Shown here piece after piece: positions 23,001 through 33,399 of a DNA stretch of 64,000 bases. Each line of letters opens with the position of its first letter. The stretch's first letter is position 1. The stretch comes from Nemertoderma westbladi. Taxonomy: Eukaryota; Animalia; Xenacoelomorpha. The translations under genes were made by a program, and so were the position numbers. The DNA is taken from contig JAUCBJ010001123.1 in assembly GCA_032718475.1 (NCBI GenBank), forward strand, positions 1 to 64,000, given 5' to 3'. The notes beneath the pieces were generated by a model. The model made no database searches and had not been told where the DNA came from. It worked only from the letters and a program-made list of their open reading frames with translations.

Positions 23001-25435
23001 TCAAGAGAGGAAGACTTGCGAGCCTTTCTACACCAGACATATCGCCAGACGTATCGCCAGACACGTTTCTATACGGTCAACCAGACGTTTTGCCAGACAT
23101 GTCACAAAATGTTCTACCAGACACTAGTGACATACTGACAAATAGTAAAGCCGCAGTTTCCCTATTGGAGCGGCCTTCTGTTGACAAACAACCAGACGCA
23201 TTACTAGACAGTCGACTAGACATTTTGTCAGAAACATCACAAAATGTTCTACCAGACACTAGTAACATATTGACAAACAGTAAAGCCGCAGTTTCCCTAT
23301 TGGAGCGGCCTTCTATTGACAAACAGCCAGACACGTTACCAGACGTATCGCCAGACACGTTACTAGACGGTCAACCAGACGTTTTGCCAGACACGTCACT
23401 AGATGTTTCGCCGGATGTTCCGCGAAACATTTTACCAGACATGTCACAAAATGATATACCAGACACTAGTAACATATTGACAAACAATAAAGCCGCAGTT
23501 TCCCTATTGGAGCGGCCTTCTATTGACAAACTACCAATTTTGACGCACTTGAGCAACCATAAGCACGGTGAAACCTCATGTATTACAGATGTGGGTAGTA
23601 CCTACGCTAATGTAAATACAGGTGTTACTCTGCGCTCAAGAGACATACCAAACTTGCAACCTATGGTGAGACCCGGGATTAATATCGGCAGAAAAATAAG
23701 TTTACCGAAACCCACTGACCCCATAGAGTTCAAACCACCATTAACGATCGACTTACAAAGTACTGACAATCAAGGTAAGAAGACGAAGAAGGACAAATTA
23801 CTTGTAGACCCGGACGGATCAACAGTCAACAAGGGAATACTTACCGGCGGACCCGTGGGCCCTTCTAGTAAATCAAAACCTTCCAAAATCTCCATTGACT
23901 TACCTGATGACGTCACAAATACTTACGTCGACCGTATTGTAAACCTAACAGATTCTTGGACAAACGCTTGCCGAAAATTAGCGTGGATTGTACGTTTTGT
24001 ACAATACGTTAAAGGCAAACGAGACTTTACACGTCGACTTACATTGACTGAGATTGACAGGTGTGAGATTAAATTAATTCGCCATTACCAACTGCGATAT
24101 TTCGCGCGCGAATTCACATCTATAAATCAAGGTCAACCAATCAAGTCGTCACCAATATTGAGTTGGAGTCCGATAATTTATAATGGCTTAATTTGTCATA
24201 AATCTCGGCTTCAAAACATTGACTTTAACACAAACTTTAGATACCCAATAATAATACCGCAACATCATGAACTACAACGTGCAATGATACTGGACGCACA
24301 TTTACATCTGAAACACGCTGGAAGACACCACTGTCTTTCCTACTTACGTACAAGATTTGTATTAATTAGACCCAGTAAAGCGTTAAGTTCAGTGACACGT
24401 ACGTGTATTATTTGTAAAAAGGTACACTCTAGAATAGGTACCCAAGAAATGAGTGAACTTCCACAAGCACGACTTCAAGCATTCAGACCACCTTTTACAG
24501 AGACTGGAATTGATTGCTTTGGTCCCATACATACGAAACGTGGACGTATACTAGTAAAACGCTGGGGACTGATTTTCACATGTATGTCCAGTAGGGCAGT
24601 TCATATTGAACGTGTGATGGATCTTTCCACCAACGCGTTTATACTAGCATTGCGGCGATTTATCGCTAGACGCGGACTAGTGAAATGCTTGTACTCAGAC
24701 CAAGGGACAAACTTTGTTGGTGCTCGAAATGAGATTGCTAGAGCCTTTAAGAAATTAGATCATGATCAAATCTCGAACGAACTACAACCTCACAAGATTG
24801 TTTGGAAGTTTAATCCTCCAGATAGTCCTTGGAGAGGCGGAGTCTGGGAGAGATTGATTAGATCTATCAAAACGGCAATGGCAAAGGTCATTCCAGTAAA
24901 CCACATATTAACAGACGACCAACTGACAACATTGTTTGTTGAAATCGAGGCAATACTAAATACTAGACCAATAGTATTAGTACCCGATGACAAACAATCC
25001 CAGTTTGCATTAACACCTGCACACCTGCTAATGCAGGCACCGACAACATTGACGCCTATTTCAATTCCAACAGAAAGCGATAGCTACGGTAGAAAAGCGT
25101 GGAAAATCACGCAACTACTAGCTAACAAATTCTGGGAAATATGGCAAAACCATTATTTGCCCTCTATTTCTGCCAGAACAACTTGGTACAATAACACCCG
25201 CGCATTAAAACCGGGAGATCACGTGCTGTTAGCGGAAGTGAATCTAAAAAGACGCTTCTGGATAACAGGTGTAATTTTAGCCACACATCCATCTATGGAT
25301 GGAGTGACAAGAACTGTGACAGTACGGACAATTGACGGTCGTACAGTAGACAGACCGACTCAACGTCTCGTACTTCTTGAAGAGACTCGTAACGAGTCTG
25401 GAGACTACAAATCTCCACCTAATACTAGTAAATAA
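20075..25435 (+). CDS. pol: BEL/Pao Pol polyprotein (protease, RT, RNase H, integrase); frame open from 19856
   Basis: ILDSAS protease; FYVDD RT; HCFSDAS Pao RNase H; HLHLKH...CIIC Zn finger; GIDCFG / SDQGTNF / GGVWERLI DDE core; C-terminal GVTRTVTV...RPTQRL. Confidence 0.96.
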   Translation: MTPTFVTHIKDCFSEQSGSSDEESEDDDVYSDGDEQPSIALLTTDQLKGFSVIPIKITGTKGSKRIYAILDSASSHSYVDEQIADVVTDLKQGKRVSYTVSSMHGQRAIPVTRVKLNLDTLLPKSQHSEKERSLLPFKDLTFAATKDFINLLGPVPEQSLEDRKYFRHLGVPECPVNYRSVAMLIGTDQFNLHQVWETRPSAVVAGNAYACRTPIGWYTRAPVRTLDISDEEDDVQSTCSLLTTNSIHSFSHDVDYTTLHTRHDRRVTSMISHKEQLIHQVSLELGEKTSQLEIPSTTDDNAGRLASLPTPTTSTMPVDIDDDALRNHQVEQAALDKELTEKTIRWLEQDTAEPGSYEPCMSQQEKQSLRIMEDTIRQTKDGHYEVGMLWRSQSPKLINNYPLALRRLHSIRQRLLKDEKAHLQYNTQMETYLTKGYAIRMTNPEVTDQTYYLPHHFVRHPDKPDKVRVVNDCAALFEGMSLNSELMDGPNMNNYLMGVIMRFRQRQVAFTCDVEAMFHQVRALERDRDSLRFLWYPEGDLSLPPATYQMQVRVFGARDSPNCTMYALKQAARDQKHLYDPEIIRIVERDFYVDDGLQSCDKVERATTVALQLRDCLAGGGFNLTKFASNSAELVDSFGTTERGGGDIDLEFEPLPTTKVLGLFWDPNTDNFRVKVRLDSQENTLTKRSCLSKLSRLFDPLGFISPIILQARIYMRSIWKDGLTWDEPISSDQVDLWKTWEAELSSLEDYSIPRVYFPLQTTFPDNLELHCFSDASDNGFGVAAYLRRQVDSEEFDVSLITSKAKTMPTKYMTTPRAELQAATLSTTIVNLIQTELQSSLQIFYWTDATLVLFYINNDTLEFKTFVANRRAEILDRSIKEDWRHCPGPQNPADIASRGMMPEEFCKPENKEFWQHGPQFLQRSTLNWPPLYDNKSNTIPKDAEIKKPKKGKAKKRTTAAKLKKKPKAKWKDITSKVKRGRLASLSTPDISPDVSPDTFLYGQPDVLPDMSQNVLPDTSDILTNSKAAVSLLERPSVDKQPDALLDSRLDILSETSQNVLPDTSNILTNSKAAVSLLERPSIDKQPDTLPDVSPDTLLDGQPDVLPDTSLDVSPDVPRNILPDMSQNDIPDTSNILTNNKAAVSLLERPSIDKLPILTHLSNHKHGETSCITDVGSTYANVNTGVTLRSRDIPNLQPMVRPGINIGRKISLPKPTDPIEFKPPLTIDLQSTDNQGKKTKKDKLLVDPDGSTVNKGILTGGPVGPSSKSKPSKISIDLPDDVTNTYVDRIVNLTDSWTNACRKLAWIVRFVQYVKGKRDFTRRLTLTEIDRCEIKLIRHYQLRYFAREFTSINQGQPIKSSPILSWSPIIYNGLICHKSRLQNIDFNTNFRYPIIIPQHHELQRAMILDAHLHLKHAGRHHCLSYLRTRFVLIRPSKALSSVTRTCIICKKVHSRIGTQEMSELPQARLQAFRPPFTETGIDCFGPIHTKRGRILVKRWGLIFTCMSSRAVHIERVMDLSTNAFILALRRFIARRGLVKCLYSDQGTNFVGARNEIARAFKKLDHDQISNELQPHKIVWKFNPPDSPWRGGVWERLIRSIKTAMAKVIPVNHILTDDQLTTLFVEIEAILNTRPIVLVPDDKQSQFALTPAHLLMQAPTTLTPISIPTESDSYGRKAWKITQLLANKFWEIWQNHYLPSISARTTWYNNTRALKPGDHVLLAEVNLKRRFWITGVILATHPSMDGVTRTVTVRTIDGRTVDRPTQRLVLLEETRNESGDYKSPPNTSK

Positions 25436-26095
25436 TTAGGAGTTTACAAATAGATTTCCACGTACCTGTACACCGTAGTAAGGACAGCGGTAGAATTCCA
25501 TTGTCTTTATATGTGAACATTGAGGGTGGTACCCTTATGTGTCACATAGGAGCGGGATTTGTAGGTATAAGAAATGGAATTCTACTTGGAACTCACAATA
25601 TTGAGACATTTTCGAAATTTTAGACAATCCATTTGGATTTGAACATTTTTTAAAAATTTTCTCCAGTGAATAGATTTCAGGGTACAGTCGGGTGGAACTT
25701 AAAATTAGAGAAACAAGAGAGGAAGACTTGCGAGCCTTTCTTAAAATTTTAATTAAATTTTACACGGTCTTGTTTCAATAAGTTACGTCAAAATAGACTC
25801 CCCTATATTTATTACTAATTCTTGACTGCTTATTTTCTGATAATAGTTTGGGATCAAAAAGTGAGTATTTTAGACTCACAGCCAGTTTAGCCCAAATTCG
25901 TTTTTATTTCGGCAAAAAATTTTAGATAAGAAGCAGCGTGTCATTAAAGAAACCCTAGATCTTAGGCTATGGGTAGTAGGTTAGAGCGTTGTCGAGCCCA
26001 AAGGGCAGACGAAACTCTCACGTCTCCTCACAACTAACTACAAACTCTGTTGTATTCCCTCTAGTAGTAATGATTATGTAACTACACCCCTAATT

Positions 26096-26737
26096 ATGGA
26101 GAAAGGGATACAAGGAGAGCCGAGATGGGGATATGATATCCAAGAGGAGGCAGCAGCGCCATTCGAAAGATTTGGAGCCAAGGACTACACTATATTCGGT
26201 ATAAAGGAATTATCGGAAAGTACAGCGAAACTCGCGAGAACTAAATATGACTCAAATGTATTAAAGAGAAGGCAAAACGCATTAAACGAAAGAATCGAAA
26301 GTTTGCGCAAAACCTTCAATGAACTTTACCCGTACGACGCTTTGTGTGATACGGGAGACATTAGCGAAGACCCCGATACTGAAATTAGTCGTTTGTATCA
26401 TACCATGCAATACCTAAAGGCGCACGAACCTATGCCCGCGGTACGCGATGAATTCGATGGAATGCATCTTTACAGACGAACTCGAGGGGACGATAGAGAA
26501 ACCAAGGAAGCATTTTCAGTTTATAAACTTTATTATCAATGCGGTTCTTGTATGCGCGAACAACGAAATGCGATTCCGATGCGTTTGAATAAGGAAAATC
26601 CCGAACCGATATTGGCGAGGTGTTCGAACCATCAACAACTATGTTACCCTATGAAGGCGAACGTATCGTGGAGATTACGGATGAATCACGGCAGACGCGC
26701 GCGCCTATCGGTCACCTTGGTGATGATTTCGAAGTAA
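26096..26737 (+). CDS. Accessory ORF A, unknown function (coiled-coil plus CxxC...CxxH motif)
   Basis: 213-aa ATG ORF inside the element after pol; LKRRQNALNERIESLRK; CGSC...CSNH. Confidence 0.55.
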   Translation: MEKGIQGEPRWGYDIQEEAAAPFERFGAKDYTIFGIKELSESTAKLARTKYDSNVLKRRQNALNERIESLRKTFNELYPYDALCDTGDISEDPDTEISRLYHTMQYLKAHEPMPAVRDEFDGMHLYRRTRGDDRETKEAFSVYKLYYQCGSCMREQRNAIPMRLNKENPEPILARCSNHQQLCYPMKANVSWRLRMNHGRRARLSVTLVMISK

Positions 26738-28104
26738 CTACTACGATCACTGACGATCCTTTAGAGGAACTTCTTGAGATAGAAAGGAACCTCCCGAAGA
26801 AATCTCAGACGGAGATTCGACAACTTGAAGCAACAGATGCTATAGTTTGTATACAACCTTCAGAAACCTACCAACCCATAGATCCAGATGATTACGATTA
26901 TAGTGTGGGAGGAAGCACTCGACCAATTGGAGATCTTATATATGAACGAGTGTGGTACCCTGCCAATACGATGTGTGGTAAATGTGGCGTCGCTGGACAT
27001 CATATGACAAAGTGCAGTGGAAAGCACATTACTACGACTCAGCTAATCTGTGGATGGTGTGGAGATCAAGGGTCTCATACCTTTTATACTTGCTGGAGAT
27101 TTATGGCTCAATGTACTTATTGCAATATAAAGGGACATCGAGCATCTGAATGCCAACTAAGAGACATACCTTATGAACACGAATCTGTAAAACTCGTGAG
27201 AAAATTATTCGATGAGTGGGAAGATTTAGCCGACGAACATGTATCGGCACAAAGAAGACGGTTTCCGATGAGGGCGCATCTTGGATTTTGGGCGGTAAAT
27301 CACCAGACGATGATGTCGGAAGGATATATCTCCGCTATGCCCCAATATGACGAACTTATCGAGGTTGTCGATATTTTGCCCCACGACAGTGGATTCCGAG
27401 TAGTGCGCGAGTATCTACTGCAGATTCACCCAGATAACAAAAACACGTGGAATTTTCAGAAAGTCGTTAATCGCATTACGTATGGTGAATTCGATCGTTT
27501 CCGAAATGAAAAGCGGAACAAAGGAGCTTGGTTAACCGTTGCATGGGCGTACCGAGCCGCGTTTTACCACAAACGTATACGAGCGAGCGTATTCGAGGAA
27601 GAGGAGGTCCTAGAGGCGACAAATATACCAGCCACTCCGGTTGCGCCGTCTGCACGTCACCCTCGGGAGGACGGACAGGGTAGGATCATACGGGTCCAGA
27701 AAGTGGGCCAACAATTAAAGAAAATTATTAATATAGAAGAACGCAAGGGAGTTGAGCCGACTATTCGAATTACTCGGGATACGGTATCGCTTCCTAGAGA
27801 ACCAACAGGAGGATCGGGACATACACCAGCTGATCAAAAGGGGGCGCAAGCTACTCTTGGATCTGCGTCGTCCGCTTCTCGCGCGTTCCCAGACGTTCTA
27901 CCAACTGTAGTGACAACTGATCGGTCACGAGGAATCGGACGAGGATTTGGGATGCCAAATAGACGAATTTGCGAGGAAATAGTCGCACCATCTCTCAACG
28001 TCCAAACGAAACCAGTGACTCGCCCCACAAGTCCCATATCGCGAGCAAAGTCACCTGTGCGCAGTTTTCGAGGACGCGGCAGGGCTCGATCAACAAAACT
28101 ATAA
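26641..28104 (+). CDS. Accessory ORF B: triple CCHC zinc-knuckle nucleic-acid-binding protein
   Basis: Intact frame (first ATG 26641; track start 26620). CGKCGVAGHHMTKC, CGWCGDQGSHTFYTC, CTYCNIKGHRASEC; RG-rich basic tail; homologous to 1129-2577. Confidence 0.85.
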   Translation: MLPYEGERIVEITDESRQTRAPIGHLGDDFEVTTTITDDPLEELLEIERNLPKKSQTEIRQLEATDAIVCIQPSETYQPIDPDDYDYSVGGSTRPIGDLIYERVWYPANTMCGKCGVAGHHMTKCSGKHITTTQLICGWCGDQGSHTFYTCWRFMAQCTYCNIKGHRASECQLRDIPYEHESVKLVRKLFDEWEDLADEHVSAQRRRFPMRAHLGFWAVNHQTMMSEGYISAMPQYDELIEVVDILPHDSGFRVVREYLLQIHPDNKNTWNFQKVVNRITYGEFDRFRNEKRNKGAWLTVAWAYRAAFYHKRIRASVFEEEEVLEATNIPATPVAPSARHPREDGQGRIIRVQKVGQQLKKIINIEERKGVEPTIRITRDTVSLPREPTGGSGHTPADQKGAQATLGSASSASRAFPDVLPTVVTTDRSRGIGRGFGMPNRRICEEIVAPSLNVQTKPVTRPTSPISRAKSPVRSFRGRGRARSTKL

Positions 28105-28904
28105 AAGGGAGGGCAAGGGTGGACGGAAGACTCGTGAGCCTTTCTTGTGAATTTGTGATTTATTTTGAATTATATGTTTTATATTTAATTAGTAAGTTTT
28201 GTATTCTGGAAAAACTCATATTTAGCAAGATTTATATTTAGTAAGAATTTATATTTAGTAAGATTTACATTTGCAAGATTTATATTTTATATTTGTAATT
28301 ATTCCGAACTTATGCAATTTATATTGTTCCGAATATTATGCAATTTATATCTTATAAGCAGTATTTGTATTTACAGTGAAATAGAAAGTAAGAGTAGATG
28401 GAAGACTCGTGGGCCTTTCTTATAGTTTCATTTGTAAAAGTGTTATATTTTGTATTTAGAAAGTTTTATAGTCAGAAAGTTTTGTGCTTAGAAAGACTCA
28501 TATTTGTAATTATTCCGAATTTATGCAATCTACATTTAGGCACGAAAGTATTTGTAATTATTTGAATTTATGCAATATTTGAGATGCAATAGTAGATGGA
28601 AGACTCGCGAGCCTTTCTTATGATTTCATTTATTTGTATTTGTAATTACTTGAATTTATGCAATATTGAGATGCAATAGATTTATATTGGTGAATTTAAT
28701 TTAGATTTGTATTGTACTTACTTAGTAAAGCCTTAACTACGTAAAGTTTGAATTTGTAATTATTTTGTATCGAATCATTATGTAGAAAGGAAGTATTGTT
28801 TGAAATTTAATTGTAAATATGTAAGTACGCCCTAAGTATTCTATAGATTGATTGATTATTGGTGAAAACCGTATATTTTATGCACGATAATATCATGTTT
28901 TCAT

Positions 28905-28911
28905 GGAGCGG
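28905..28911 (+). promoter_or_regulatory. Short PPT-position motif GGAGCGG
   Basis: Abuts the 3' LTR; the same motif precedes the family A LTR (2649-2655). Confidence 0.6.
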
Positions 28912-30810
28912 TATAGAATTATATTCCCTAAATGCCGTGGATTTTCAAAATTTTATTTTATTCGAATTAACTTTGTAAAAGATTACTTTGAGTCCTCATT
29001 TGTATTTATTATATCTATTGTACGACCTTTAGTCAAGTGGTTCAGTAGCTCAGTCGGTAGAGCGTTGGAAATTATATGTGTAGTAGGTATTGAGTTCGAA
29101 TCCTAGTAAGTGCGAATTATTTTTTGTGCAGAATTTCAACTCATTTAAATTGACCGCTACAAATTAAATTGCATTTGTTTGTACCTAGATTAACCAATGA
29201 GACTGCAGTTATTAGATTGTAACCAATGTCGTGCAAGTTATATATTAGCTGGACCAATAGCTATCTTTAAAAACCTGTTAGAACCTATAGAACAATCGAG
29301 AATTTTCTCGATTGATTGCAGCACAAATTTGCTATATAAAGGTGCGATTTGTTCATTAGTTATCTATCTTTATTCATTCTAATCTTCTGTATTATTCAAT
29401 ATTGTTTATTCTGTCATTAGTTTCGGATTACATTTTGTATTATTATCTGCAATAAATTCAGAAATACCGCTATATGCTTTTCTTTTCACCATGATTCACT
29501 ACGGTGAACACCTTTAGGAACAGGATGGCCGGCTAGAGATCGGGCCGCAGCAATGAACGAGAACATCACGGGAATGTAGACAAGAGACAACCCGCAATAC
29601 CATCTCAGTTATTCGCCCATCGCCTGAAAGGTTAGACAGCGTTCGACGCCTTGCTACCTAAGCGTAAGACCAAAGATCAAAGGTAGAAGTAGTGGCACGC
29701 TGAGAGCCTAAAATTACATCTTAGGGACTGTACTGTCTTGATTCAGGAAAACCCACAGTAGACCTTCACATTCCTACGGGGGAGGGAGAGAGAGCAGGCA
29801 GATACTAGTACGCAGATAGGACGTAGGCACACCGGTACGAAGCATACACATTGGTAGGGTGCAGCAAACTGTACGCCTAACTCTTGCTAAGTGCAGGTGC
29901 ATCTGTGACTATTTGCAGTACAACAGTGTCCATTGCATTAGAACTTGTAGGCTAGGGGGGTTGCTGTGTTTTCACCTGAATTGGGATTGTACCGTTCAGG
30001 CGGTAGGGCAGTTTACAACTAGGCGCAAATAAATTGAGGCTATTAGGGATATACTAACATCTATCGTGTCCCCGCCAACGCCCTGATAGGAAGTTACCCA
30101 GCCTACCTAGGTGACTAAAATTCTAGATAGGACGCCAGGATAGCTATTAGTAACAGTACGCCTACTGTAGTAAACTAACACATTTCTTCTTAGTATTAGG
30201 GGCCTGGTAAATTAAAATTGCCGAATTCTGGGCGTAGCATTAACCTTATGCCTGAATTTGAGTCCTGGAAATACGCAAGAGGGGAAGGAACCTTATCATT
30301 CGTGAGTATTGGACCTACAAGTTACAAAATTAGAATATTCGTAAAATGCACACCGTACCCAGTAATTATATATGTGAAGGAGCAAAACTGCTTTGACTGT
30401 TCAGAATTAACACACGCGCGCGTTAGAAATTATTTACACCTCAAAATATATAAAATTAACTTTCGTCCTTACTGTGCTTTGCCCGCTAGTTGGACATCTC
30501 CAAATCTCTGCCTCTGTACCTAGCTAGCGTCCCTTTCGCCCAACCATATAAATCACACCGCGGCAAAGTATACGAGCCCTTTAGTCCGTCAGTGAGTCAG
30601 CCTGATTTTAGGATTCGCTGCGCGGGATTTTGTTTTATCGAAGTTTGTCTGCTCGTAGACTGTTTTCTGCCTCAACGGTTATAAGAGATCGATACTGCAA
30701 TATATTCGCTTACTTAGAGTTTACTGTTTTGGTGAGAAGGTCGGATTTATGATTTGATTCACAAACTTTACAGTAGGATATTGCAGGTATTGTTACTGTC
30801 TCTTCGAATA
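28912..30810 (+). repeat. 3' LTR
   Basis: Copy of 15056-16954 followed by TSD TTAAT. Confidence 0.97.
29039..29125 (+). promoter_or_regulatory. tRNA-like Pol III cassette in the 3' LTR
   Basis: Identical to 15183-15269. Confidence 0.65.
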
Positions 30811-33268
30811 TTAATACTATGGAGACTGTTACGCTGTAAGGCTGAATGTTTACTCAGCTTAATAATGATTCTCCATAAGGCTAACTAAATAGTTTGAAAT
30901 ATAAAAATCTGTTATAATATAATAATAATATAATTGTTGTATTTAATTAATATCGTGGTTTACATTGAACAGTGTAAATTGTTAATCGCGGCTTACATTG
31001 AAACATCTGAACTTGTTTTATTTATTACAAAAATATGAACGAATTTGTCTTATCACTTCTTGTGCGCGATTGTATTGAATTCATGATAACTGCTGTTATT
31101 ATTATATTAATCAATTGACACCTCGACTCCTCTCTGACTACTCTATCCGATAGAAAAAAATAATCATTTCGTTAACTGCTCTCTACTATAATCACAACAG
31201 CTTTTATAATTCATTAGAGGATTACAACATAATAATTGTAAAACGGATTCAATTCCCTACACCATGGGACCAGTGGCATTTTACAATTATAGTTGGCGAT
31301 GCGAGATTAACAATAATAATCTCGCCTCATAACCAACTCGGGGGGGGGGGGGCGACACACGCCCTAAGCCAGAGAGAGAGGTGAGAGGTCAAACCACCTC
31401 AGAGGGACAACCCAGCTAGCGAGGCTAGCACCAGGGAGTAACACCTACAGGGAATGGCGATGTGACAATTAGTATATAAGCCAATAGCGGGCAGGGAAGC
31501 ACGTGGGGAAGGACAGGAGGGCATCCATTGGGTACCAAAGGTCACAGTAGCGTAGAGGTAAAACCAATATGTATCAACCATATAGTTACTCTGATTACTG
31601 ATTTACCGGTCAGTTCATTATCACACAGTTGCGGACCGGCATAGTTTTGACCGTCATTTCATATGTGCTGCTGTCATCAGTCATTTCATATGTGCTGCTG
31701 TCGTCATTCATGCTATACTGATTATTGTTACTATACCTGTATACATCTGACTGTGCTATTATATCTGAGATTATTAATACTGAGAAACAAACTCTGTTAT
31801 TTTCCCCAAAGGCCTTCGGCCAAAGATATTAGCTCAGTAGCCCAGCAGCCAAGTGATGCGTACAATCTTACTGTGCTTTGCCCGCTAGTTGGACATCTCC
31901 AAATCTCTGCCTCTGTACCTAGCTAGCGTCCCTTTCGCCCAACCATATAAATCACACCGCGGCAAAGTATACGAGCCCTTTAGTCCGTCAGTGAGTCAGC
32001 CTGATTTTAGGATTCGCTGCGCGGGATTTTGTTTTATCGAAGTTTGTCTGCTCGTAGACTGTTTTCTGCCTCAACGGTTATAAGAGATCGATACTGCAAT
32101 ATATTCGCTTACTTAGAGTTTACTGTTTTGGTGAGAAGGTCGGATTTATGATTTGATTCACAAACTTTACAGTAGGATATTGCAGGTATTGTTACTGTCT
32201 CTTCGAATATTAATACTATGGAGACTGTTACGCTGTAAGGCTGAATGTTTACTCAGCTTAATAATGATTCTCCATAAGGCTAACTAAATAGTTTGAAATA
32301 TAAAAATCTGTTATAATATAATAATAATATAATTGTTGTATTTAATTAATATCGTGGTTTACATTGAACAGTGTAAATTGTTAATCGCGGCTTACATTGA
32401 AACATCTGAACTTGTTTTATTTATTACAAAAATATGAACGAATTTGTCTTATCACTTCTTGTGCGCGATTGTATTGAATTCATGATAACTGCTGTTATTA
32501 TTATATTAATCAATTGACACCTCGACTCCTCTCTGACTACTCTATCCGATAGAAAAAAATAATCATTTCGTTAACTGCTCTCTACTATAATCACAACAGC
32601 TTTTATAATTCATTAGAGGATTACAACATAATAATTGTAAAACGGATTCAATTCCCTACACCATGGGACCAGTGGCATTTTACAATTATAGTTGGCGATG
32701 CGAGATTAACAATAATAATCTCGCCTCATAACCAACTCGGGGGGGGGGGCGACACACGCCCTAAGCCAGAGAGAGAGGTGAGAGGTCAAACCACCTCAGA
32801 GGGACAACCCAGCTAGCGAGGCTAGCACCAGGGAGTAACACCTACAGGGAATGGCGATGTGACAATTAGTATATAAGCCAATAGCGGGCAGGGAAGCACG
32901 TGGGGAAGGACAGGAGGGCATCCATTGGGTACCAAAGGTCACAGTAGCGTAGAGGTAAAACCAATATGTATCAACCATATAGTTACTCTGATTACTGATT
33001 TACCGGTCAGTTCATTATCACACAGTTGCGGACCGGCATAGTTTTGACCGTCATTTCATATGTGCTGCTGTCATCAGTCATTTCATATGTGCTGCTGTCG
33101 TCATTCATGCTATACTGATTATTGTTACTATACCTGTATACATCTGACTGTGCTATTATATCTGAGATTATTAATACTGAGAAACAAACTCTGTTATTTT
33201 CCCCAAAGGCCTTCGGCCAAAGATATTAGCTCAGTAGCCCAGCAGCCAAGTGATGCGTACAATCTTAC
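30468..33268. repeat. Tandem duplication of ~1.4 kb (30468-31866 / 31867-33263)
   Basis: Near-identical copies differing in G-run length; CTTAC microhomology at 30468, 31867 and 33264. Confidence 0.93.
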
Positions 33269-33300
33269 CCGGTTGGTATCTCAGACTCGATCCCGTCACA
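32636..33300 (+). mobile_element. Solo LTR of a third family (665 bp); 3'-truncated duplicate at 31237-31871
   Basis: TGTAAAACGGAT...ATCCCGTCACA termini; TSD ATAAT at 32631-32635 and 33301-33305; internal TATATAAG. Confidence 0.7.
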
Positions 33301-33399
33301 ATAATTATAGTTTGAAGTTGTCTAGAAAATGGAATTAGAAATACTAATTTATTATCAAACAGAACAAAAAGCTTTTACTTGACTCGTACTGTCTCCTAT

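Larger units (their letters stand above)
15056..30810 (+). mobile_element. Full-length BEL/Pao LTR retrotransposon (family B), 15,755 bp
   Basis: Two 1899-bp LTRs (offset 13856); perfect 5-bp TSD TTAAT at 15051-15055 and 30811-30815; PR-RT-RH-IN order with Pao-type motifs. Confidence 0.97.

Noticed and set aside
25985-26020. Hammerhead ribozyme (GACGAAAC plus GCCC/GGGC hairpin)
   Set aside because: No CUGANGA core in the required position
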